Source: Delftia acidovorans NBRC 14950 (GTDB lineage: Bacteria > Pseudomonadota > Gammaproteobacteria > Burkholderiales > Burkholderiaceae_C). Taken from it: 32,000 bases of DNA. How positions within the stretch are numbered: position 1 is the first letter of the stretch; every line of letters starts with the position of its first letter. The position numbers and the translations under genes are program-made. This document shows positions 14,503 to 25,687 of this stretch, one piece after another. The notes under the pieces were generated by a model. The model searched no databases. It was not told the origin of the DNA and was given only the letters and a program-made list of their open reading frames with translations. Location of the stretch: assembly GCF_001598795.1 (NCBI RefSeq), contig NZ_BCZP01000026.1, forward strand, positions 44,283 to 76,282, in the 5' to 3' direction.

Positions 14503-17421
14503 ATGGCCACATCCCTGCCAACCGACCTGATTCTTCCCCACCTGCGGGAACTCAACCGCAACGCCGCCGACCTGCGCGAAATACGGCTCATGTGGCGGCT
14601 CATCGAAGCCTCGGCCCGCATGCAGGCATCGCAGCAGGGGCAGGCCCTGGTGTCCATGCTCACCGACACGCGCCAGGGACTGGAGCAGCTGGAGCAAGGC
14701 CTGCTGCAGTCGCAGCTGGCGCAATCCGCGCAGGAGGCCATGGCCCAGCTGGGCATGCAGTCCGCCCATGCCATCGACCTGCTGGTGCGAAGCCTGTACG
14801 AGCGCACGGCCGATGTCGGCTTTCTCGCCGCCGATACCGTGCTGTGCGAGGCCATGGCCCGGCTTGACGATGGCGATGGCGATGGCGATGGCGATGGCGA
14901 TGGCGATGGCGATGGCGATGATTGTGGCCTGCCCGACATGGCGGCCGGCGGTCTGCGCGCATGGCAGGCACCGCTGCAGGCGCACTTGCAGGCCCACCTC
15001 CAGAGCTACCGAGCCAAGTACACGGTGTATGACGACATCCTGCTGCTGGACACGCAGGGCCAGGTCTGCGCACGTGCCCAGGCGCAGGCAGGCCGCAAGC
15101 CGCCACCGCCCTGTGCCGAGGCCTGGTTCCAGCAGTCCCTGCAGCAGGCCGGCCATGTCAGCCATTTCGGCGCCAGTTGCGTGCTGCCGGGCGCTGACCG
15201 CCTGATCTACGCGCAGCGCTTGCTGCACCCACGCACCATGGCGGTGCTCGGCGTGCTGTGCCTGAGCTTCGACTTCGCCGCCGAGATGCAGGCCATCTTT
15301 GCCTCGGGCGGGCCGCGCGCCCAGGTGGGACTGCTGCTGGACGACGGCGGACTGGTCATCGCCAGCAGCGACGCCCACTGGATAGCCCCCGGCAGCCGCG
15401 TGCCCATGCACCATGGTGATGCCGTACAGCCGCTGATCCATGCAGGCCGCACCTACCTGGTGCGCACGGCGCGCGCCCTGCCCTACCAGGGCTATGCGGG
15501 GCCGCAGGGCTGGCAGACCCAGGTGATGGCACCGCTGGACCTGGCCTTCGCCACGCAGCAAAGACCGCAGGTCCTGCAGGCGCTGGAGCCGGCCATTGCC
15601 GAGGGGCTGATGGCCCAGGCGCGCGGCTTTTGCCCGCCGCTGCACGCCATGGCCCGCGCGGCCGACGACATACGCCGCGTGGTCTGGAATGGCCAGGTGC
15701 TGGCTGCCAGCCAGGCGCCGGAGTCCCCGGTGCAGGGCACGGCCCACCCGGACCCGCTGCAGGCCGTGCTGGAGCAGATGGGCGAGACCGGCGACCTGAC
15801 CCATGCCGTGTTCACACGCGCCATTCACGGCCTGCACGAGACCGCGCTGTCCACCCGGCTGCAGGAGCACAGCACGCTGAACCGGCTGCTGATGGACCTG
15901 CTGGAGCGCAATCTCTATGAACGTGCCAACGACTGCCGCTGGTGGGCCCTGACACCCGGCCTGCAAAAGGTGCTGGAGGACAACAGCGGCTGCCTTGCCC
16001 TGTCGGTACAGGCCCACGACAGCGCGCAGCGGCTGCTGGAGCAGCTCAATGCGCTGTACACCGTCTATGCACGCATTGCGCTGTACGACGCCCAGGGCCT
16101 GGTGCTGGCCTGCAGCCATGAGGACGAGGCCGGCCTGCCCCTGGCTCCCGGCACGCGCGTGCAGGCATCGGCCCTGCAGGCCACTGTGCTGCTGCGCGAT
16201 GCCCAGGCCTACCACGTGCAGGAGATGGACGATGGAGGCCTGCCCGTCCATGTCTACCATGCCGCGCTGCGCGCGCCATCGCCTGGGAGTGAACAGACGC
16301 ACGGACATGCACACGGCGGCGATCAGGGCCCCGTCATCGGCGGCATCGCCCTGCTGTTCCACACGCGGCGGGAGCTGCAGGCCATGCTGCAGGCCGCAGC
16401 GCCAGAGCAGGCGACAACGGCAGAGCACGCTGCAGCCACCGATCCCGAAGACAGCGGCCTGCCGCGCCTGCCGATGGAAGCGTTCTACGTGGCGCGTGAC
16501 GGGCGCATCGTCGCTGCCAGCCATGGCGGGCGCCCGCTGGGCAGCTGCATCGCAGGCGTGGCCGGCCTGGCATCGCTGGCCGATGGCGAGGTGCGCAGCA
16601 GCATCGAGGAGATCGAAGGCCACTACTGCATCGTCGGCATGGCCGCCGGGCGCGGCTACCGCGAGTTCCGTCTGGACCAGGGCGCGGCACGCGATGCAAA
16701 AGAAAGCGCAACGGACGACACACTGGCCGGCCTCGTCAGCCTGAGCCTGCAGCGGCTGGGCCCCGTGCATGCCGATGCGCGCAACCGCGCGCTGCGCCTG
16801 GCGTCGGCCACCCGGCTGGATGGCGCCCGGCCCGCTACGCACGGGCACGGGCACGGGCACGGGCACGGGCACGGGCACGGGCGCGCCGCGCATGGCAGCG
16901 GCGACGCGCCTGTGGAACTGGCCAGCTTCTACGTGGGCGCCAGCCTGCTGGCCCTGCGCGCGGGCGATGTCTGCGAGGCCCTGCCCGCCAGCGCCATCTC
17001 GCCCGTGGCGGCAGGAAGGCTGCCGTTTTGCGTGGGCGCGCTGGCACGGCGCAGCCAGGGCAGCGTCAGCGGCTATGTCTGGGTGTTCGACCTGGCCGCG
17101 CTGCTGCAGGGCCAGCCCGGCGTGGTCACCGAGCAGTCACAGGTCATCGTGGTCCAGCATGGCGGCCTGCGCGTGGGCCTGCTGGTCAGCGCGCTGCAGG
17201 GCGTGCACCGGCTGCCAGCCAGCGCGCTGGTGGATTCGCCCATGCTGAACGCGGCCGACACCGCGACGGCCCTGGTGCGCAAGCTGGTGCATGCCGATTC
17301 GGGCCTGCCGCTGATCCAGTGCCTGGACCCCGCCGCGCTGATGCGAAGGCTGCAGCCTTCGCGCGTTGCCGCCGCCAATGCCGATCGCAATGCGGTCAGC
17401 GTGGAAAGAGAGGCGGCGTAG
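14503..17421 (+). CDS. 972-aa soluble multidomain protein: two helix-plus-Cache/PAS-like sensor modules and a C-terminal CheW-like domain
   Basis: Two repeated modules: LYERTADVGFLA...YTVYDDILLLDTQGQVCA and LYERANDCRWWA...YTVYARIALYDAQGLVLA. C-terminal region from about nt 16945 to 17368: LASFYVGASLLALRAGDVCEALP...VWVFDLAALL...VIVVQHGGLRVGLLVSALQGVHRL, matching the CheW fold pattern. I saw no TM segment, HAMP or MCP signalling domain. High GC3 in this frame. Confidence 0.8.
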   Translation: MATSLPTDLILPHLRELNRNAADLREIRLMWRLIEASARMQASQQGQALVSMLTDTRQGLEQLEQGLLQSQLAQSAQEAMAQLGMQSAHAIDLLVRSLYERTADVGFLAADTVLCEAMARLDDGDGDGDGDGDGDGDGDDCGLPDMAAGGLRAWQAPLQAHLQAHLQSYRAKYTVYDDILLLDTQGQVCARAQAQAGRKPPPPCAEAWFQQSLQQAGHVSHFGASCVLPGADRLIYAQRLLHPRTMAVLGVLCLSFDFAAEMQAIFASGGPRAQVGLLLDDGGLVIASSDAHWIAPGSRVPMHHGDAVQPLIHAGRTYLVRTARALPYQGYAGPQGWQTQVMAPLDLAFATQQRPQVLQALEPAIAEGLMAQARGFCPPLHAMARAADDIRRVVWNGQVLAASQAPESPVQGTAHPDPLQAVLEQMGETGDLTHAVFTRAIHGLHETALSTRLQEHSTLNRLLMDLLERNLYERANDCRWWALTPGLQKVLEDNSGCLALSVQAHDSAQRLLEQLNALYTVYARIALYDAQGLVLACSHEDEAGLPLAPGTRVQASALQATVLLRDAQAYHVQEMDDGGLPVHVYHAALRAPSPGSEQTHGHAHGGDQGPVIGGIALLFHTRRELQAMLQAAAPEQATTAEHAAATDPEDSGLPRLPMEAFYVARDGRIVAASHGGRPLGSCIAGVAGLASLADGEVRSSIEEIEGHYCIVGMAAGRGYREFRLDQGAARDAKESATDDTLAGLVSLSLQRLGPVHADARNRALRLASATRLDGARPATHGHGHGHGHGHGHGRAAHGSGDAPVELASFYVGASLLALRAGDVCEALPASAISPVAAGRLPFCVGALARRSQGSVSGYVWVFDLAALLQGQPGVVTEQSQVIVVQHGGLRVGLLVSALQGVHRLPASALVDSPMLNAADTATALVRKLVHADSGLPLIQCLDPAALMRRLQPSRVAAANADRNAVSVEREAA
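14869..14920 (+). repeat. Perfect hexanucleotide microsatellite (GATGGC)x8 plus a partial unit, encoding (DG)8
   Basis: Counted directly: units start at 14869, 14875, 14881, 14887, 14893, 14899, 14905, 14911. In frame in the 972-aa CDS. Confidence 0.95.
16840..16881 (+). repeat. Perfect hexanucleotide microsatellite (CACGGG)x7, encoding (HG)7
   Basis: Counted directly. In frame, just N-terminal of the CheW-like domain. Confidence 0.95.
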
Positions 17422-17456
17422 CCCGGGCCTGTCGGGTGTGCCGCGCCTTTAGCGCC

Positions 17457-18463
17457 TCAAAGGCCCCAGTGGCGCAGGCCCGGCAACGCGGCCTGCGCTG
17501 CCTCGTAGCCTTCGTCGATGGCCTCGCGGGCGCGGTGGAAGTCCAGCAGGCCCAGGTGGGACAGGCGCGGCGCGATCACCAGCTCGGGCGGGTCGCCCGC
17601 CATGCGGCTGCGCGTGATGCGCATCTGCATGATGTTGACGCTGGTCATCACCACGTCCAGCAGCGAGGGCGGACGGGGCGGGGGCTCGGTCTCGCGGCCT
17701 GCCTCGTCGCGGTGGTGGCCGGGCATCCACCCCATCACGCCGCGCTGCAGCCTGCGCACCCAGGCCGTGCCGGCCACGGCGCTGGCCTGGCCGGCCAGGT
17801 CCTCGGGCGCCACGCCCTGCTCCGCGGCAGGCGGGGCTTCCTCCAGCGGCGGCGCGGCAGCCATGGCGGCGGAGGGAGCCAGCGGCCGCATGTGGCGCCG
17901 CATGATGTCGGCATTGAGATCGACCGCGATCACGATGTCCGCGCCCATGGCGCGCGCCAGCGAGGCGGGCACGGGGTTGACGATGCCGCCATCGACCAGC
18001 AGCCGCCCCTCGCGCTGCACGGGCGTGAACAGGCCGGGCAGCGCGATGGAGGCACGCACGGCATCGGCGATGGAGCCCTTGCGCAGCCAGACCTCGGCGC
18101 CCGAATGCAGGTCGGTGGCCACGGCGCCGAAGGGAATCTTCAGGTCTTCGATGGCCGAGTCCACGAAGTGCTCGCGCCAGAACGCGATCAGCTTCTCGCC
18201 CTTGAGCATGCCGCCCGTGATGTTGAAGTCCATGAAACCGAACACCTTGCGCATGCCCAGTCCCAGCACCCATTCCTCGAAGCGCTGCATCTCGCCAGCC
18301 GCATAGGAGGCACCGACCAGGGCGCCGATGGACGAGCCGCAGATGATGTCGGGTCTCAGGCCCGCATCCTCCAGCGCGCGCAGCACGCCGAAATGCGCCC
18401 AGCCGCGCGCCGAACCGCTGCCCAGCGCCAGGCCGACCACGGGTTTGCGCGGACTCAGCGCCA

Positions 18464-18464
<1 letters not shown>
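17457..18464 (-). CDS. Patatin-like phospholipase (RssA/YchK-like)
   Basis: Internal ATG (MALSPRKPVVGLALGSGSARGWAH...) of ORF 17457..19262. Oxyanion motif GSGSARG, nucleophile elbow GSSIG, and DGG in LLVDGGIVNPVP. Confidence 0.9.
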
Positions 18465-21969
<3,505 letters not shown>

Positions 21970-22026
21970 GGAATGAAGGAATGAAACGTCGTTCCAGCAA
22001 AGGGGTTTGAAAGGTTGCGGACATGC

Positions 22027-25000
22027 TCAGGATAGCTCAGCCATGGACAGCGCGGACTCCATGTCCACGGCCACGATGCGGGACACGCCCTGCTCCTGCA
22101 TGGTCACGCCGATGAGCTGCTGGGCCATTTCCATGGCGATCTTGTTGTGGCTGATGAACAGGAACTGCGTGCTCTTGCTCATGCTGGCCACCAGCTTGGC
22201 ATAGCGCTCGGTGTTGGCATCGTCCAGCGGCGCATCCACCTCGTCCAGCAGACAGAACGGCGCCGGGTTGAGCTGGAAGATGGCGAAGACCAGGGCAATC
22301 GCCGTCAGCGCCTTCTCGCCACCCGACAGCAGGTGAATCGTCTGGTTCTTCTTGCCGGGCGGCTGCGCGATCACCTGCACGCCCGAGTCCAGGATTTCAT
22401 CGCCCGTGATGACCAGCTTGGCCTGCCCGCCGCCGAACAGTTCGGGGAACATGCGCCCGAAGTGCCCGTTCACGGTCTCGAAGGTGCCCGACAGCAGCTC
22501 GCGCGTCTCGGCGTCGATCTTGCGGATGGCATCTTCCAGCGTGTTCATGGCCTGGGTCAGGTCCTCGGTCTGCGCGTCGAGGAAGGTCTTGCGCTCGCGC
22601 GCCAGCTTCAGCTCGTCCAGCGCCGCCAGGTTGACCGCGCCCAGGGCCGCGATCTCGCGGTGCAGGCGGTCGATCTCGCCCTGCAGGCCGTGCATGCGCA
22701 CATTGGCCTCGGCAATGGACTGGGAGACGGCGGCCAGGTCGGCGCCCGCCTCTTCAAGCAAGGTGGAGTACTGCTCCAGGCCCAGGCGCGCGGCCTGCTC
22801 CTTGAGCTGGAATTCGGTGATGCGCTGGCGCAGCGGGTCCAGCGCCTTTTCCAGTTGCTGGCGGCGTTCGTCGCTGGCGCGCAGCTTGTTGGTCAGGTCG
22901 TCATATTCGCTGCGGCGCGCGGCCACGGCCTGCTCGCGCTGCATCTTCAAATCCAGCGCATCCTGCAGGCCGCCCTGGGCCGCGGCATCGGTCAGGCGCG
23001 TGAGCTCGTCCTGCGCGCGCTGCTGCTCGTCGGCCAGCGAGCGGGCCTGCTGGCTGGCGGTCTCTATGGTGCGGCTGAGTTCGCCCCGGCGCGCTTCCAG
23101 GCTGCGGCGCGAGAACGTGGCCTCCTGGGCCTGGCGTTCCAGCGTGCGCAGCTGCTCGCGCGATTCGTTCAGGCGCCGCTCGGACTCCAGCACCTTGTCG
23201 CCGAGCTGTGCATGGCGCTCCTGGCTGTCGGCCAGTTGCATGTCCAGTTCCTCGAAGCGGGCTTCGGCCGCCACGCGGCGCTCCTCGATGTCGGACAGCT
23301 GGGCCTCGACCTCGGCCAGGTCGGCGCTGATCTGGGCATTGCGTGCACGGGCCTGCTCGGCCAGTTGCGACAGGCGCAGGGTTTCGACCTGCAGCTCGTG
23401 GGCACGGCTTTGCGATTCGCTGGCCTCGCGCCGGGCGCCGACCAGGCGCTGCGAGGCCTCGGCATAGGCGCTTTCGGCACGCACCAGGGCCGTGCGCGAT
23501 TCGTCGGAGATCAGCGCCTGGGCGCGCACTTCCTTTTCAAGGTGCTCGATTTCCTGGGCGCGTGCCAGCAGGCCGGATTGCTCCGAGTCCTGCGCATAAA
23601 AGCTCACGCTGTGGCTGCTGACGGCATGGCCCGTGGGCACGTAGACGGTTTCACCGGGCCGCAGTTCGCTGCGGCGCGACAGCGCCTCTTCCAGCGTGGG
23701 CGCCGTGTAGCAGTCCTGCAGCCAGTCGCCGAGCACGGCGCGCAGGCCGGCATCGTTCACGCGCAGCAGGTCCGAAAGGTGCTGCCAGCGGCCAGCGGCC
23801 GGCGCGGGCGCGCCTTGCGGGGGGCTGAAGAAGGCCAGGCGCGCGGGCGGCGCATCGTGCCCGCCTGAGCCCAGAAAGCCACGCACCATGTCGAGCCGGC
23901 CCACTTCCAGCGCGCCCAGGCGCTCGCGCAGTGCGGCCTCCAGCGCGTTTTCCCAGCCGGGCTCGATGGCAATGCGGCTCCACAGGCCCTGCATGCCGTC
24001 CAGGCCGTGCTTGGCCAGCCAGGGCTGGAGCTTGCCGTCTGTCTTGACCTTTTCCTGCAGGGCCTTGAGCGCTTCCAGCCGCGCCGACAGGTCCGCGTGG
24101 CGCGCGGCCTCGGCATTGACGGCCTGCTGGCGCGTGCGGCGGTCCTCGTCGAGCTGGGGCACGGAGTCCTGCAGCTCGTTGAGCACGGCATCGGCCATTT
24201 CAGCCAGTTCGCGCGCCTCTTCCAGCTGGGACTGCAGATTGTTCAGGCGGGCCTCGTCGGGCGTCTCCAGCGCGTTGCGGTCGGCGCGCAGGCGCTCGAA
24301 GCGGGTCTCGAACTGGCGGCGCTGCTCATCCAGGCTGCGCTGCTCGGCGGCCAGCACCTGGATCTGCTGCTGCACCTGGACCACGCTGGCGCGCTGGTCG
24401 GTGTCGGCCTTCTGGGCATTGCGCAGGGCGTCCTCCAGGTCGGGCAGGCGCATGCTCTGCTCCTCGACCTGGGCGGCCAGCATCTCGGCCTGTTCCTCGG
24501 CGTCCATGCCGGCGCCTTCGAGGTTCTCGATCTCGGCTTCGGCTTCCTCGCGGCGGCTGTTCCACAGCAGCACCTGCTCGGACAGCTGCTGCAGCCGCTG
24601 CTGCACGCGCTGGCGGCCTTCGAGCACGTAGCGGATCTCGGCCTCCAGCTTGCCGACTTCGGCCGTGGATTCGTAGAGCTTGGCCTGGGCCTGGTTGACC
24701 TGGTCGCTGGCGTCGTAGTGGGCCTGGCGCAGGGTTTCGAGTCCGCTTTCGTTGTTGCGGATGTCGGCCATCCGCTCTTCGAGCTCGTTGACGGCCTGCA
24801 GGCCCTCAACGCGCACGCGGTCCTGCTCGGCCTCGGCCTCGGCGCGCTTGAGGAACCACAGCTGCTGCTGCTTGAGCGTGACCTGGGACTGCAGCGCGTT
24901 GTACTGGGCCGCCACCTCGGCCTGCTTTTCCAGCCGGTCGAGGTTGTTGTTGAGCTCGCGCAGGATGTCTTCCACGCGCGTGAGGTTCTCGGTGGTGGCC

Positions 25001-25554
25001 GAGAGCCGGTTCTCGGTCTCGCGCCGGCGCTCCTTGTACTTGGACACGCCTGCGGCCTCTTCCAGGAACAGGCGCAGTTCCTCGGGGCGCGACTCGATGA
25101 TGCGGCTGATCGTGCCCTGGCCGATGATGGCGTAGGCGCGCGGGCCCAGGCCCGTGCCCAGGAACACGTCCTGCACATCGCGGCGGCGCACGGCCTGGTT
25201 GTTGATGAAGTAGCTGCTGTTGCCCTCGCGCGTGAGCACGCGCTTGACGGCGATCTCGCCGAACTGGCCCCACTGGCCGCCCGCGCGGTGGTCACTGTTG
25301 TCGAACACCAGCTCCACGCTGGAGCGGCTGGCCGGCTTGCGGTGCGTGGTGCCGTTGAAGATCACGTCCTGCATGGACTCGCCGCGCAGCTCGCTGGCCT
25401 TGCTCTCGCCCAGCACCCAGCGCACCGCATCCATGATGTTGGACTTGCCGCAGCCGTTGGGGCCCACCACGCCCACCAGTTGCCCCGGCAGCATGAAGTT
25501 GGTGGGCTCGGCGAAGGACTTGAAGCCGGACAGCTTGATGGAATTCAGGCGCAC
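22027..25554 (-). CDS. smc: Chromosome segregation protein SMC (about 1175 aa from the GTG start)
   Basis: VRLNSIKLSGFKSFAEPT...GVVGPNGCGKSNIMDAVRWVLGE (Walker A). Long coiled coils with a hinge. C-terminal LSGGEKALTAIALVFAIF...PFCLLDEVDAPLD. GTG 25554 is chosen because SMCs normally begin M-R-L-x-S-I-K-L. An upstream ATG at 25641 would add 29 non-conserved-looking residues. Confidence 0.93.
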   Translation of the reverse strand: MRLNSIKLSGFKSFAEPTNFMLPGQLVGVVGPNGCGKSNIMDAVRWVLGESKASELRGESMQDVIFNGTTHRKPASRSSVELVFDNSDHRAGGQWGQFGEIAVKRVLTREGNSSYFINNQAVRRRDVQDVFLGTGLGPRAYAIIGQGTISRIIESRPEELRLFLEEAAGVSKYKERRRETENRLSATTENLTRVEDILRELNNNLDRLEKQAEVAAQYNALQSQVTLKQQQLWFLKRAEAEAEQDRVRVEGLQAVNELEERMADIRNNESGLETLRQAHYDASDQVNQAQAKLYESTAEVGKLEAEIRYVLEGRQRVQQRLQQLSEQVLLWNSRREEAEAEIENLEGAGMDAEEQAEMLAAQVEEQSMRLPDLEDALRNAQKADTDQRASVVQVQQQIQVLAAEQRSLDEQRRQFETRFERLRADRNALETPDEARLNNLQSQLEEARELAEMADAVLNELQDSVPQLDEDRRTRQQAVNAEAARHADLSARLEALKALQEKVKTDGKLQPWLAKHGLDGMQGLWSRIAIEPGWENALEAALRERLGALEVGRLDMVRGFLGSGGHDAPPARLAFFSPPQGAPAPAAGRWQHLSDLLRVNDAGLRAVLGDWLQDCYTAPTLEEALSRRSELRPGETVYVPTGHAVSSHSVSFYAQDSEQSGLLARAQEIEHLEKEVRAQALISDESRTALVRAESAYAEASQRLVGARREASESQSRAHELQVETLRLSQLAEQARARNAQISADLAEVEAQLSDIEERRVAAEARFEELDMQLADSQERHAQLGDKVLESERRLNESREQLRTLERQAQEATFSRRSLEARRGELSRTIETASQQARSLADEQQRAQDELTRLTDAAAQGGLQDALDLKMQREQAVAARRSEYDDLTNKLRASDERRQQLEKALDPLRQRITEFQLKEQAARLGLEQYSTLLEEAGADLAAVSQSIAEANVRMHGLQGEIDRLHREIAALGAVNLAALDELKLARERKTFLDAQTEDLTQAMNTLEDAIRKIDAETRELLSGTFETVNGHFGRMFPELFGGGQAKLVITGDEILDSGVQVIAQPPGKKNQTIHLLSGGEKALTAIALVFAIFQLNPAPFCLLDEVDAPLDDANTERYAKLVASMSKSTQFLFISHNKIAMEMAQQLIGVTMQEQGVSRIVAVDMESALSMAELS

Positions 25555-25687
25555 GATGCAGGCAGATGGCGGTCCGCGGCGAACGGACGAATGAGGACGT
25601 GGGGGAACAACAGGGAAGCTCGGAATGATACCGCGCGCCACCCCTGCTCAAGAATGGAAAGCGGCCCGCGCGGGGCCGTGTCGAATG

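Noticed and set aside
14869-16881. Tandem repeats considered as a possible CRISPR array
   Set aside because: The units are 6 nt with no spacers and lie in frame inside a CDS. They are microsatellites, not CRISPR.
14470-16893. 807-aa - strand ORF with IAIAIA... and PVPVPV... runs
   Set aside because: Antisense of the 972-aa + strand gene. The dipeptide runs are just the reverse-complement reading of the two microsatellites. GC3 and amino-acid composition favour the + frame.
21970-21990. GGAATGAA GGAATGAA tandem 8-mer immediately upstream of the zipA ATG, resembling the GAATGAAA half-site of the rpiR operator
   Set aside because: It is a single short match without the inverted partner, so probably coincidental. 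Noted only because zipA lacks an obvious SD.
25555-25641. Upstream ATG (25641) as the smc start
   Set aside because: It would add 29 residues (MARGIIPSFPVVPPRPHSSVRRGPPSACI) with no resemblance to SMC N-termini. GTG at 25554 gives the canonical (M)RLNSIKLSGFKSF start. This remains an alternative.
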